64,000 nt of DNA from Selaginella moellendorffii (taxonomy: Eukaryota; Plantae; Lycopodiophyta). The notes below the pieces were generated by a model, which worked only from the letters and a program-made list of their open reading frames with translations, did not search any database and was not told the DNA's origin. Positions 28,537 through 42,200 of this stretch are shown here, in pieces; the stretch's first letter is position 1, and the number at the start of each line of letters is the position of its first letter. The DNA is taken from the NCBI RefSeq assembly GCF_000143415.4, contig NW_003314315.1, positions 62,001-126,000 of the forward strand, given 5' to 3'. The translations under genes were made by a program, and so were the position numbers.

Positions 28537-29463
28537 ATGTTTGAAAAATTGTTATTTTCTATTTTGTTATTTTTAATTTTTATATGTATTTTATCTGAAG
28601 ATATTGAATATGATGTTGGTGCACTTAATGGTATAACTGTTGAAGCAGCAAGAACTATTTTAATTATGATTTCAAAAGCAATTCAACAAATACCAGATGA
28701 TATACTTCCTTTAGGTCAAAGTTTCTATGGAGATATTTCATTGTCAAATTCAAATAATAATATTGCATTTGGTATTTTTGCATTAGATACAATTGCAAGT
28801 CTTTGTCATGTAGATGGTGATGGCCACACAAATGTAGGACGAGTTGTAAGAGGAACACTGTATGATATTTTAGGAAATTCTGCTCATAAAATATTAAATT
28901 CTTGTGCTTCATATATTATTATAAAAACTAACCAATTTGTTATCTACTATTTCATCAGAAATTATAACCTTGAAAATTTAAATCAGAAAATAAACACAAA
29001 CATATATAACTCAAGAAATCAAAACATTATTACATCAGAAAGAATTATTAGATGTGATATTTTTTCATATATCTTAATAAGTGGCTATATTAATATGCCC
29101 CATCAATATTTATTACCAACACAAATTTTAGTTTCTTTAAATCAAAAGGCACACTTATATTTGGATATTTATTGTAATTTAATATTATATGCAGCTAATA
29201 AAATTTTATGGTCAACTGAAACATCAAATAATGGCTTAAAATGTGTTTTAAGACTACAAGAAGATGGGAATTTAGTTCTATATTCTTTTAATAAAAGTGT
29301 TCTTTGGCATTCAGATACTTATTGTAATTATCAAAACTGCCATGAAAATGCAATATTAATACTGCAAAATAATTGTAATTTAGTTTTATATTTTTCATAT
29401 CATAAAACATTAAGCACTAAGCCATTAACTCAATCTGTATGGGATTCAAAAACATTTTGTTAA
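28537..29463 (+). CDS. Secreted protein: signal peptide, unknown N-terminal domain and C-terminal bulb-type (GNA/B-type) mannose-binding lectin; intronless and very AT-rich
   Basis: 308-aa open frame with a hydrophobic N-terminus. Three B-lectin sub-repeats: LYLDIYCNLILY..LWST.T, LRLQEDGNLVLY..LWHSDT (intact QxDxNxVxY) and LILQNNCNLVLY...VWDSKT. Confidence 0.8.
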   Translation: MFEKLLFSILLFLIFICILSEDIEYDVGALNGITVEAARTILIMISKAIQQIPDDILPLGQSFYGDISLSNSNNNIAFGIFALDTIASLCHVDGDGHTNVGRVVRGTLYDILGNSAHKILNSCASYIIIKTNQFVIYYFIRNYNLENLNQKINTNIYNSRNQNIITSERIIRCDIFSYILISGYINMPHQYLLPTQILVSLNQKAHLYLDIYCNLILYAANKILWSTETSNNGLKCVLRLQEDGNLVLYSFNKSVLWHSDTYCNYQNCHENAILILQNNCNLVLYFSYHKTLSTKPLTQSVWDSKTFC

Positions 29464-29672
29464 ATGAGAGTTATACTAATTAATGAAATAAATGGCTTTA
29501 TATATGTTTGATAATTTTATCTTTTAATAATATATTGAATTTTAATAATAATTTAGATAATATTTAAATATCCCATTAGACCCTCAGCTTTGGACTTTCA
29601 TGTATTTTACCAACGTCAGAAATTACAGGTTTACAAAGCTCGTTCCATGACCACATTGTGTATGGTATACGA

Positions 29673-29962
29673 GTACTTTAAGTACGCTACGTACGACTCT
29701 ACGACGTAAAAGAATTGGAGTGTACTACACATGGAGATAGTACAATGTCGTACACTGGGATATCTCAGCGAGAAAGAGAGGGAGGGCAAATCCTCTGTCT
29801 TGAAAGGAAGAGCAAGCAATTGCGTGATGTGAGGCGGAACGATCTTGTGTCTCTCACGAGCGAGATGCGACAATGGGATCCAAAACGCTGTGATGTTTTT
29901 AAATCCGTTTCCATTCGCGGTGTACTACACGAGGTACTACAAATCTCTCGACTCTATATAAA
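29673..29962 (+). promoter_or_regulatory. MIR408 promoter: eight GTAC copper-response cores plus TATA box
   Basis: GTAC at 29673, 29682, 29691, 29722, 29740, 29750, 29922 and 29934; TATATAAA at 29955-29962. GTAC is the established SPL7/CRR1 binding core. Confidence 0.85.
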
Positions 29963-30091
29963 TTGCGAGCTCTCGGCTCTTTTTTCTAGCAGCTTTGATG
30001 ATCAAGGAGAAGAAAAGGAAGAGTTTTGATGAATGATCTCCCGAGTTTCTTTCTTCTAGCGGACAGTTTCAGTTTTCTCGCGTGATTTGTG

Positions 30092-30210
30092 CAAGGATTT
30101 AGTAGTAGCTAGGGAGAGACATTGCATGATAGCTACACCAAAGAGCAACCTCGGCTCCTTGTGTGGCTTTGATGCACTGCCTCTTCCCTGGCTGCGGCCA
30201 AGTTACTTCC
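30092..30210 (+). ncRNA. MIR408: microRNA miR408 precursor (mature ~30172/30173-30192/30194)
   Basis: The conserved miR408 sequence ATGCACTGCCTCTTCCCTGGC is at 30172-30192. The 5' arm GTAGCTAGGGAGAGACATTGCAT (30105-30127) pairs with it. Precursor limits are approximate. Confidence 0.96.
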
Positions 30211-30489
30211 TCCTGTTTTTCCCAAAAGATGTTCTAGTTTCTTTCCATGAATCGAAGCTCCACGTTTGATCCAAGAGATCCACACAAGTTTTTCTCAACA
30301 ATGTGTGATCCACTTTTTCAGTGTCGTTTCACGGTAGCGAAACTTTCATATGAAAAGCAAATTACGTTTATACAGGAAAAGAAAGAAAAACACAGCTATG
30401 AACAGGGTTCTTCGAATTTTTTTTACACGGTAGACTTGAGTGGGATTTCAGCAGGCCAGATTGGCTCTGGCAGCGAATCCAGAAATGAG

Positions 30490-33400
30490 CTAGCTATTGC
30501 CTGCACAAAAAGAAGAAAAGATCGTCTCGTTGTGGAATCATAGTATACATACCATGAGTGTACAGCGAGCAACAATCATCTCCACTCCCCCCTATGTTTC
30601 TCGTCGAACTCTCGCTTTCGATCGGGATCCATTCTGAAGTTTAAAGAGTTTGAGTAAACACTGTTTCAAGCGTGAGAAAGATAGAAAGTGACTTACCCAT
30701 TACGAACTCCCAGAAATGCATGACGTACGGCGTCCGCAGTAGCGGACGCAGGAGCAAGAATTGCTGCTGGCGAAGCCTTGATAGCATTCGCAAGAGCTTC
30801 TCCCGCGCCTCCACCTCGCTGATAAACTTTAACGGGATTCCCAACCAAGGAAATGGCTGTTCGTTCCAAACCTTGAGCTAAGCTCTCATAAGCCTGCCGA
30901 AAACCATCCCCATGACCTGTATGTGAAACAAAAGCCCTTAACGAAGTACCTGCTGGAAGCCCTCGCGAGTATCACTTGGCTGGAACTTGCGCCTCGCATC
31001 CTTTCTATCCGAAGGTATGCGTCCGCCCAAGCCCATCTCTGTATGCAAAAGAATGTGATGGACTCCAGCAGCCAAATTTGCTCCCAGGCCCAATGCCTCC
31101 ACAGAAATGCTCTGAAGGAAAGCCACAGCCCCTGCATGGCTCGAGTTTGAGACCGCTTCGGATAGAAGTAAGAAAAAGACCATATACGCACCTTTCCTCA
31201 TTCCCCGGAGAAATCTTCTGTCTTTCTTGTATTGCTCCGTTGGGAAAACTATCAGCTTTGCAGCGCCGGAGCTTACAGCATACAGAGGACGTATTGGTCC
31301 AAAGGCCCTCAGTAGCTTGTGGACTTGTCGGGGAAATATATCCTCGAGCCATTCACCGAGTAACAAACCCATGAGACTGCTCCATCCATAGACCCCGGAC
31401 GTATGCACAGACTTGAGATGGAGCTCCACACCCTGCATAAACATTGTTAACACGTTTGATTTACAAGGAAACAGCAGTACCTTCCAGGACACCATATTAA
31501 AGAGCTCAAAACAATTCCCGCTTCTCAAGGCCCCAAAATCCAGCCGTCGCGGAATATAATCGACCCGTATTATCAAGGGTCGCATTTCACACACCTGCAT
31601 GACAATCAAATGTAAAAGCAGAGTCGACATTCGTTCTTTGCTTTACCTGAAAGAATGGTAAAATTGCATCTTCATTTGCACCAGGCAAAGAGGAAGAAGC
31701 ATCGTCAGTGTTCGTATCCGACTGAAAAAATTTGCCAAAGAAATCGACATGAGCTTGGTCGAGATGTAGACATATAGGCAACAACGCCAGAGAGAGTCTG
31801 AAAAAGAGAACGAAGAATTAAGAGATAAAAAAAAGGAAGAAAAAGAATTGTCACAAACCTGTATTCTTCCAATGGAGCCAAGGGATTTGGCCTCACAGCA
31901 TCCATACGAACTACAACAGCCTTAGAAGTGGACTCCCGTGGACGCGACCGCTTGTGATAATAGCCCAAGATCTGCACCATCCCACTCATTTAGAATAGAA
32001 AGAGTCAGAAAAGAAAAGCTTACCAGTTTCCAACGCGCGTCCACACTATAGTCGTAAACGTGAACGTCGTGAATCTCCACGAGAAGACTGGATGCATACA
32101 GCCCTGTTGGTGCAAAAGCATCGTACTGGACGTCCATTCCGACGACCGAAACTTCCACACAGCGGTCCCTTTGCCTTGCATTCAGCCAGTCCGACCCTCC
32201 ATATAGTCTCCACCGCACTTTCAAGCCATTGAGAATCACTCTGCCGAGAGCTTGCGGATAGTTCGCCTCCTTTCTGGCATTCTTTCTCGGGCTGACGCAC
32301 TCCAAGGGAACATGATTATCGAAAACATCCACCGGAGAATCTTGGTACCAGCTACCTCTCGACTCTGAATCACTGTGTTGAGATGTCGATGTTTCTGTTT
32401 CGCTTTCTTGACTAGAGGTTGGGCTCATATGCGGCGCATGCTCCATCACAAAGAAGTCCTCGATAAAAGTGGGCTCACAGGCTTCCCCACGAGATCTCGT
32501 AGCAACCAGCTTCACTGACGCTTCTTGACGGACTGTACTCGACGTCGAGCACTCTACCTGCTTCACCTCAAGAACTTTCGCACAGCCAAAGGCGTTTTCC
32601 ACCAGCCCCTCAAATAACCCGTCTGTGAGTTTGTCTGCAGGGTCAAGTGTTTGGTCTCCTTCATCTCCCGTGGACGACATATTCTCTGCCGACTTTCCTT
32701 TCATCGTTCGGAGTTGTAGTTCCACGGTCTGTTGCAAATCGGGAGCAAATAGTTGTTGCAAATCCGCCACAAGTCGACCAAACGCTGCAATAGTATCGGA
32801 GCATGTATCAAAGTTGAGCTGATTATCAGCCGATATTACTTCGTAGCTCGGATTGTCGGTGCTGCTAAGCTTAACAAAAGCACCAACAACTGACGACTTA
32901 GCTACCTGTATAAGAACATCAACAATTAGCAAGCATTATACTACTGAAGGATAATACAAACCTGAACAAAGCCAAGCAGTTGTAGTGATGCACCTCCCAT
33001 ATCGCCAGGCTTTCTCAACTTCGTGTCCACGAGGTGAAGGCCCAGATCTCTGAGAGAGATACAATACTCCTGCGTATCACTGTCGGTAACCTCACCACTA
33101 GATACCCGTAAAGCAGCAGCAGCCAGAGCGCACGAGATTGAACTCGTCGGACCAACTGGTTCGTAGACCAACGCTACGTCGTGAAGATCAAACAGAAAGT
33201 ATGGCCGTCGGGAAGGTTCAACTTGCTGGTCGCAATCCATCCTTTGGAACGCCCCTTTGCATTCTTCCAAGAACTTCACCACGGCCGGTACCCAGTCAAA
33301 GTTACCACCTTTAGTGAAAATAGTAGCACCACGCATGCAACCTGTTACGAGCACGTCCGGTTCTTGTCCGTTGCCAGGCCAAGCTACCAAGTTCATGCTC

Positions 33401-36096
33401 AGTCCTGCAGTGCCGCGCGAGAGTGCGTTCTGTGCTCCACCATCACCACGACCAATAGCGGATGCTTTCCAGCAGACCAGCTCGGCGTTGCGGCCGCCTT
33501 CGCGGATTTCCCCTTCACCAAGATTAATATGGAGATATAAAGCGCCTGGATCTCCACCTAGAGCCACCCCAGCAACAAGCTTGAGCCTTGAACTTTTGAG
33601 TTGCAAGAAGTCCGCCAGTCTCACCCCTTTGCTAGAAGTGTCGACAAATCGAGAGACACCGACGACAGCTTGGACTTCACGAACTTCAAGTGTGAGTACC
33701 ATCTGTGCAACCTGTTTAGTACAGGAGGACGCATCCGGCTCCGAACTTGTGAGACATGCCAAGAGCTCGAAGACTGCAGGTTGGTCCGAGAAAGTGAAGC
33801 GGAGACGTGGAAGAGAGATGTGTACGTTCGAAGAGGACGTTGCCGTGAGAAGCTCCACCGTTGCAGAAGTAGAGTCTGAACTCAAAGCAGTAGCTGACGC
33901 ATAGTCGAAGTTGTGTCTTCCGGATCCTGCATGTTTTTTCTTGGTTGCAGCAATCCCATCCCAGATCTTCCTGGCAATCCTTGGCCCAGTCTTGTTCTCG
34001 GTCCACTTGATAGTTACGCATGCTTTTCCCTGACTATCACTTCGTAGTCTGACAACTTCAGCGTAAGTTGAGCTGGATATCGAGTAGAGCATGCCGTCGG
34101 TAACTGCCAAAGTTACGCTTTGAAGCTCCCCCCTGCTTCCTTTCTGATGTTCATAGACGAAGACTTGAGCTTCTCGCTCACTGGTGAGTCCGACGTCTAA
34201 GAGAAATCCAGCCTTTCCCCTGTTAGCCGCAGTCAGGAATGTTCTCACTGACAGTACCGATAAGTTCAATTTGCAGTTACTTCTGACGGGATTTCCAACG
34301 TCTTCCTCTTGCCTGTTGCTACCCTCTGAAGAAGCTTGAACCCGATCAAGAGTCTGGGCCAACTTCTTCAGATTATCAACATCAGCCCACAGTACCACAG
34401 GTTGCAGAACGAGCGAAACTTTAGTGCCAATGAAGCTTGCGTTTCCGGAACCAGCCCGATGATACTTTTTTAGAGCCAAGTGTACTGCAGGACTTCCAGG
34501 AGAAGATGCTACTTTGAAAACCTTCATCCCACGGCCACCGTGAAGGCTAATAGGGAAACCAGGTAGCACCATCTGTGATATACTGTCAAAGCACTGCTTC
34601 TGCATAACTGATGGCCCCAATTGAGTAGCCTCGATGAGCATCACGTCCGCATCGACTCTGGATTCTTCTCCAGATAGAAGAGTATGCAGGGTTGCATCTT
34701 TAAATACCAATTGTAGTCCATCCGGGACTTTGTCGTACAGCAAGGTAGCAGACAAGGAAGAAAACCTAGCAGTAATCGAGCATTCCATTTGTATCTCTGC
34801 ATGAAGAAACGTTATAAATATAAACCACAAGCAGCAGCTAAAACACCTTGTGAAGTTCCAGCTAAGTCCGATACTGACGCCGCACCAAATGCTGATCGAG
34901 TCCAGTTCCAAATACCGCTGCTCGTCGCGCTTTGATTCCAAGCGTCAAAGCATTCAAAAAACTCGTCCATACTGCAATAACAAAAACGAAATATGAAATG
35001 AAGAAAGAGAGAAGCCATATGACGTATTGACTTACCTTGCGGCGAGATCAGGCTCGGAAAACTCAGGCTTCCACATCCAATCGGCAATCACAGAGAGCGT
35101 AGACTTGCTCGTCGAAGGAAAAGAATCAAAGCCTTTGCCATCAAACATTGACGACCTCTGTCCCTGGATAGCAGACTCGTAGAAGCTGCTTGTGTCATGG
35201 TAGACGGACTGATCAGCAAAATCGGAAGGCACGTAAGAATGCGCTACAGAGACGAGGTGGTTTACGTCTTCCACTGACGCCTCCAGCTGAACAGGCTCCA
35301 CGGAGATGTCAAACTCAATCTTCGACAATGCCAACGCTGCCGCTTCCTTGCATGGAAGAGTCACTTGAATGGAGCCAGACAGCCCGTTCGTTCCCAAGAG
35401 ACGCACTTTCTTCTCCGTCCCAACATCCACCGAAGCTCTCTCGAACTCAATAACTTTCACCAGGTTGGAGGACTCGCCATCTTTCGCAGCTTCATAGCCA
35501 TACTTCAAAGACGGCACCTGGAACGTGACATAGCTCTCCGAGCCAGCATTTCCTTCTATCCCAACCGTGACAGCATCAACGTTCACTCGAAGGCCGAGCA
35601 AAAGGTTCTTGATCATCTGGCCTATGATCCGGACTCCATCACTCACTCCCAAGTACGTCGGAACACCTGTGTCGCTGCTGCTAATACCAGGCAGCTGGCT
35701 ACTACTACACCCCAGGCCGCCTCCATTCGTGCTGGAACCTGGCCTCGACTCACCACTTTGACGAGGAGCCACCAAAAGCTCCAATCCCTTCACCTCGATC
35801 TCACACGGAAGCCTCACGACTATCCTCGCAATGGAGCCATACTTCAGGATCAATGGCAAGCTCTTTATCTGGAAGAAAGGAACGATCGGTGAGAACTTTC
35901 TTGTCTTTCCTTGTTTTTTTTCTCAGCTTACCTGATCGTTCACGTAATCGACGTTGAGGACGAGATCCGTGAGCGTCCCTGTGCCACTGCCCAGCTGCAC
36001 GTCCAGCTGCTCCACATCGATCTCCTCGTTTAAGAACCTATTGAGACGCTTGAGCAGAAATTTGCACAAGCGCTTGGTCGCCCACTGTAGCACCAT
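30490..36096 (-). CDS. ATG2: Autophagy-related protein 2 (multi-exon lipid-transfer protein)
   Basis: Chorein-N start MVLQWATKRLCKFLLKR..IDVEQLDVQL; CAD-like region (TCSDTIAAFGRLVADL); IRVDYIPRRLD; ATG_C region QPSDTREGFQQAYESL...GVRNGMDPDRK. Short GT-AG introns. The stop position assumes a final small exon. Confidence 0.93.
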
Positions 36097-37148
36097 TGCC
36101 CCTGTCGCTCGCTTGCCGGGATGAGCAAGCAGGCGATTGAAAGTTCTGCCGGTGAAGCGCTATGGCGCAGCGCGGAAGCTGGCCTGCTAAGAAATCACAA
36201 TGCCGCGATCGTCCTCCTCGTCGTCGGGAGACTCCTCACCCACGGATTTTTGCCTCACCATCAATCTCGAGCTGGAACGCGGCCAGCGCTTGCGATGCGA
36301 GAAATCGTTGCACGATCGCTCCCTTCCAGAAAACCCTATCAGGGGCAAGAAACCCTAAACAAGGGTATGTCTCTTTTTTACCTTTGATAAGATGATGCCC
36401 TTTTTTACCTTTGGTAAGAAACGTTTTTATCTGTTTACCTTTGATAAGAAAGAAACGGTAATCAATGCAATTTTATAGCCATCTAATTGGAAGTTTTGAT
36501 AGGCGGCATATGGTGTGCAATTTGTAAAAGGGTGGATTTCACTCACACCATGTGTATGCCTGCTATTGGTCCACGTGTATTATGAGTGTGAAAAAAACAC
36601 AGGCATAGAATATTTTACAAATATCCAATCCTTATGCCCCAGATGGGACATCATGCCCATAGCAATGACCCATGCTATGTATGGAATGGAGCCATTCATG
36701 GCCCATAGACCCATTTCTAGCAAGTTGTTAATGTTGCAAACCAAATGAACAATCAACCAAATTGCATACCATATTACCTTATCTAAAGCACTATGTTCTC
36801 ACATCTTGCTCCTGGCGCTCATGGCAAAAGAATTGAATTATCTTTTTTTGGCACACCTCTTTTAACATAGTGTTCATAACAAATGTAAGTGAACTCCATC
36901 TAGCTCAATTGTAAAGCCATGGATATATACTGTCTAGAGTTATGTCTAATGCATCCCATTGAGTTTATCCTTCGTTCCCATTGATTTCCAATGTAGTTCT
37001 CTCAACACTTTAGTTTTGTACCATGATGCTTAGAAGATTTGCATATGACTCAAAAATAGGTTGAAGTTTAACTAATTCGATGAATTGGTGAGGCTCATAC
37101 TTCAATTGTGTACTATGCAATGGTGCACAGTGTTGATGTTTAGACCTA

Positions 37149-37411
37149 GAGTTCTCTCAAAAGGAGCATGCTAAAGGAGATTTGAGAATGTGGAAGTTGC
37201 AATTGCATGTAATAACATTTAGGATAACAATAGACACTTTCAACATTTTCCAATTATAATTATTTCAAATTGGATCTGGAGTTCTCTCAAGAGGAGCTTG
37301 CTGAAGGAGATTTGAGAATATAGAAGTTGCAATTGCATGCAGTAACATTTATGTGAGAAGAGTAATAATAATGGACACTTTCAACATTTTCCAATCATAA
37401 CCGTTTCAAAT
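37149..37411. repeat. Imperfect tandem duplication of ~125 bp inside the transposon
   Basis: GAGTTCTCTCAA..GGAGATTTGAGAAT..GAAGTTGCAATTGCATG..GACACTTTCAACATTTTCCAAT occurs twice in succession. Confidence 0.85.
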
Positions 37412-38160
37412 TTTGAAATTTGTAAAACAGGTTTCTAAGCATGGGGCAAAACTATCCAATGTATGTTGTGCGCAGTGGTTGAAGAACTAGAGTTTTCAGG
37501 GATTTGAAGCTCGTGCTCACATTGGTAAGAGTAGATTTGTGACAATTTTCTATATGCTCTAACCATTTTGCAATGTTTGAGGTTTCTGGGTTTCCTCCTA
37601 GCATGGCAAACTGGAGAGGATTCTATGACTTCTTTGAGGCACAACAATGGATCCAACAAGGGACAGGACCGAGGATTTTATATGATGCCTCCTCCTCTCA
37701 AGGCTCAACAATCCTTCCGACAAAGTAGCCCAAGACTACTTTTAATGTTGTGCCAATCACCAAGGGGAAAAGTCCTGTTAAAGAAAGCAATAGCGAGGGA
37801 TATGTTACTACTCGAGATGCAAGCAAGGACAAGGTCACAGATCTAGAGGGTGATTTTGGTTTTACCATGAAATAAATTGAGAGTTCCTCAAGTGAGGATG
37901 GGCATCATATAGCACCTAAGCTCGATAGTTTTGACCCAGATCCTAAATTAGGAGCTGTTTTGGAAGCTATAATGATTACTCTTGGTGAAGCAAGCATAAG
38001 CCAAAAGGGTACCAAGGGCTCCAAGTGCCTATAATGAGTATTTGTGGAATATTTTAAATATTCTTACCTTTAACTTTGCCAATGAACTAGAAAGAGTTTT
38101 TTTCAAAGTGTGAAACATATTTCAAGACAATTATCTATTTTTATTGTGGAAGTGTCTAGA

Positions 38161-41100
38161 TTATAGTACTTTTACAACATCAGCCCAATCCATACAAGCT
38201 TTTTGGATTTTGGAGTGCCCGGTAGATCTTGTGTTCTCCATTAATGGGTATATTAAAGGGAAGAAACTTCTTGTGTGCATGTGGAGAACCTGGGAAATTG
38301 AGTAGATGATGTACCTTGTCTCTACTTGGATCACTTGGATCCAAATAGGCTCTCCCAATTGGAACTTTGGAGAATCAACTGTAAAGTGATGGAACTTGGA
38401 TAAATGTTTTGGGCTCATATCTATAAAATGTTCAAACATACAAGAGTTTTAGTTGTTTGTGAAAGTAAATAATTATAAATGATATCCACAATCCAACTGT
38501 GGAAGTTCTCTCCAAAGTCCTAATCAAAGATCAGGTAGTTGATGAACTCCACAGAAGGAATGATCATCCTTACCCAAAAGACTTGTAATAAAGCATTTGT
38601 CCCAATGAGTGAAAGCCCACCTACCAATGCTAGACTCTTATAAAGCCTTTGATGAGCTTCCATGTGCATTAAGTGTTGGAAGCCATCTCAAGGTAAGTCT
38701 CCCATTACATTTGGCTTGATGAATAGGTAATGCTAAACCACTGCAGCTACGCATGCCTCCACAGCTTGCTCATAACCTTCACCAAGTTAGGTGAGTCTAG
38801 ACTCAAGCATTGCATTGTAGTCAGTAATTGCAGGTTTTTTAGGATGGAATCCACAAACTTGCCCCGATTGCCCTCCTCCTTTAGGCTTGATACACCTCGC
38901 AATTGGTTGAGTGCATTCTAAATATGCGGTGAGCATGCCTTGAGGTCCATCTCATATAGTCCTCCTTGGGCAAGTTGTCAATCATTCTTATTTGGAACCT
39001 CTCCAGTTGCAATTGCCAATGTTGCAATTGTACACATGCGAGATACCTGTGCATTACATTTGAACACTTGGAATAGCAACTAGCCCATAAAGATAACCTG
39101 TGCATATAGAAATGAGGAGCATATAAAACTTGTGCTTTAAATTTAACTTACCACATCTCGCTCTTCTTGTCGCAACATCCTAGAATGCACTAGCATCCTG
39201 GGATGCCAATATGTGGTTCCTTCCCCAAGCACAAATAGTTTACGTGTCTGTAACATAAAGTTATTCTAGTGAGCCAAATGAAAATTAGACTTACCGATTC
39301 TGTCTCCCACACCAAAGCTCCTCCAATCTCAGATGCATAGACCACTTTGTAATTCGGTGTGCAGAGATTAGTATTGAAGGCAAATTGGAAATAACTGAAT
39401 TCATTGTTTGGTGCAATCTCGAAGGACAAATGAGGGAACTCTAATTCATAGGCAATCTATTGCTTACCAGAATGTGAGACAGCCTCAAATATGTATGAGC
39501 AAATTTGTATGACTGAAGCATGGCCTTCTCGATGCAAAAAAGGGAGAACTTACAATACAGTATTGCAGCAGTGTCAAATAGTTCTCTCAATTGTTGTGTA
39601 GTTGCCCAATTTCTACACAGGTCTCTGCACAAAACAATAAGATGGTACTAAATGCTAAGAAATAGATACATGTACCTCCTCTCAATGAACTATGCTATTG
39701 TGGACTTAACAATTGAAGGAGGCGCATTGATACTTCCTTTAGCAAGGAGCTGTTGAATTATGTTGTCACAAAAAACACCTTTGTATTGTGCTTCTGAAAG
39801 GCCAAGCTGAAGGAGAACACTTTCCCAATCTTGCCAATGAGGCATGGCTTGGCTGAAAAGCACGTGCCAAAAAAATATTTCACCACCAACCCAATGGAAC
39901 TTAGGGTGTTTAGCAATAGCGTCCAACATCTTCTCATCATTTTTGCTCTTCACACCAAAGCAACCAAAAAGCTTGTGTTTCAGTCACTACACCTATGAGA
40001 GAACTTCAACATCCCCCTATGCCCTCACCTCAAAGGCTATGGTGGCATCTTGTAAGGCAGAAACCTCCTCATACTACAGCATGATGAAGTTGGCACTATC
40101 TTGAGTGGTTAATTGAACAGCTTCATTAAATGCATTGATGGCACTCTACTATAGAAAAGTTGTCAAGCAACTCTATAATAGTAAGCGGAGTGAAGCTACT
40201 TCCCTCTAGAAAGGGGGGTGGAAGCACACCATGGTCTTCAAAGCCTTCACCATCACTATCATACACTACTATTGGCCTATTTGCACTCAAAAATTAGAAA
40301 ATGAAGAAAATATTCATTTATATTAATGTTTATTACTAGTCGCATGGCCTGAAGCCACTATCTCTGGTGACAAGGATGTCTCCGGAAATCCTTAGTGCAG
40401 TTCATCCCCACCATCACCTGTTCTTCGACTCCGGTGATGTCCATGTTATCTTGTGTGGGGAGATTTTCTTCTGGTAATGGAAGAATGTCCTCTTCATTTG
40501 TAGAGTTTTCTTCTTCATTATTCTTGTCTTGGTTTGGTTTTTGTGTGGCTAGCCTCAGGAGAAATGGCTTTATCACTAAGGGATTATCATTTGCAATCAA
40601 GGTATTTGTAATAGCTACAACTGCAAAGACCACAACATATATTTGTGATGAGGGAATTTAAAATAATGACTTACCTTCATAAACATCCTTCTCTTCGAGT
40701 GCTCAGGCTTGTTTTTGATAACTTAGCCAATATTTCTCAGTAAGATGCTCCATAACATTGTATAGGTATATTACTTTTGCCCGGTTGCCATTAGCCTTGT
40801 TTGCTATAGCTCCTCATGATATTTTAGGAGGCTAGTAGCAAAGCCAAATAGAGCTGAGGCTAAATTTTGTAGACTCAACATGGGCCTCACCACCATTAGA
40901 CTGCCTTGCACATCGGATAAATACTCCTATGTTGCTCATGGATGAAGGATGGATTCCTAAGGCTTGGAGTGATAGTAGAATCATATATTGGGTCGTGTCG
41001 GGCTAGAAAGGATTACTGGAGTATAAGCCACCCCATATGAGACACTCTGGGAGGTCCACTGTCAGCTCATCAAGTTCTATCACCTTCACAAATGGCTTTC

Positions 41101-42200
41101 TTTTCCGCCCATACAAGTGTACATGCCAAGTCTTCGGGATTGCAATCCACTTGGTGACAAGAATTATGGTGGATGGCCAGGGGACTAAAAGTGTCGTAGA
41201 CGACATCCCACCAATGACTTTGGATTGACTACCACGACGTCTACGACAACAAGATAAGGACTATCGATTGTTATCAACATAAGTGTGCACTATAGCCACA
41301 AGTGGTGAGAGAGTCTCACATAGTGAAATGAAAATGAGTCAAACAAATCCAAAGAAAAGAAAATTTGAAGAGTGCATGGGGTCATGTTATATCTATGGCT
41401 CACATGGCAGCCTGCATTGAGGGTTAGCTTAAATATATCTAGATGTCGAAGCTCCACTAGATAATGATGTCAATCCTTGGGAGTAGTTATGGAATGCTAA
41501 TGGGGAACTATAAGCTCGCTAGTGTGGCAGCATTGTCAACTCACCCTACACAGAAAAACACATGGAAAAAAAACAAGTACAAATAAAAAACTTACCAAAC
41601 TAGACCGCTTGTTACTTCATGAGGTAGATGGCTAGGTATTGGCACTTGTACCGGTAAATGGAGTTGTGAGAGTTGTAGCAACTGGTGGAGTTGCAGGGCT
41701 GGTAGTAGTGGCACTATATGGGCTTTCGTGAGTATGTCCTGTAGTTGGTGTTGGTGGTAGCATTCTAGATTGGACAACACCATATACATAAGGCGTCTAG
41801 ACTTGTTCATTTTGAATGCTCAGGTTGCTGCTTTCTAGGGAAGGTAAGGAGAACAAAACATGCTAGAGGTTCTACATATGTTGTAGTGTATGCAATGTTA
41901 GGCAACGCTCTACTTGCTCAAATGCAATTGAGAGCTGTGGATGGGATGCTGTTAGAGTTGATGTCCCTACTGCAGAGCTTGGAAAATCAAATGGTTGGCA
42001 TGTGTCTCGCGGGATTGTTGGCTGTACCAATTGCGGAACATCGAGTGCTTGGCTGCATGCTCGCAAGTTGTTTCCTGCATAGTGTCTACTGCTGTTGAGG
42101 CATGCGGCATTCTTGCTTCGAGCCTAGAAACCACAAGGGATTGGTTATGCAAACCTGATTGAGGAAAAACTACCCACCATCGCAGCTGTGGCACTCTTGC
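38161..42200 (-). pseudogene. Second gene of the transposon: probable HECT-type E3 ubiquitin ligase pseudogene (5' limit uncertain)
   Basis: The last exon reads FEHFIDMSPKHLSKFHHFTVDSP and then, through frameshifts, QFPRFSTCTQEV/FFPLIY at about 38250-38300. This resembles the HECT C-lobe pattern L..FL.F.TGS...LP.A.TC...L.LP.Y. Minus-strand splice sites occur upstream. Confidence 0.5.
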
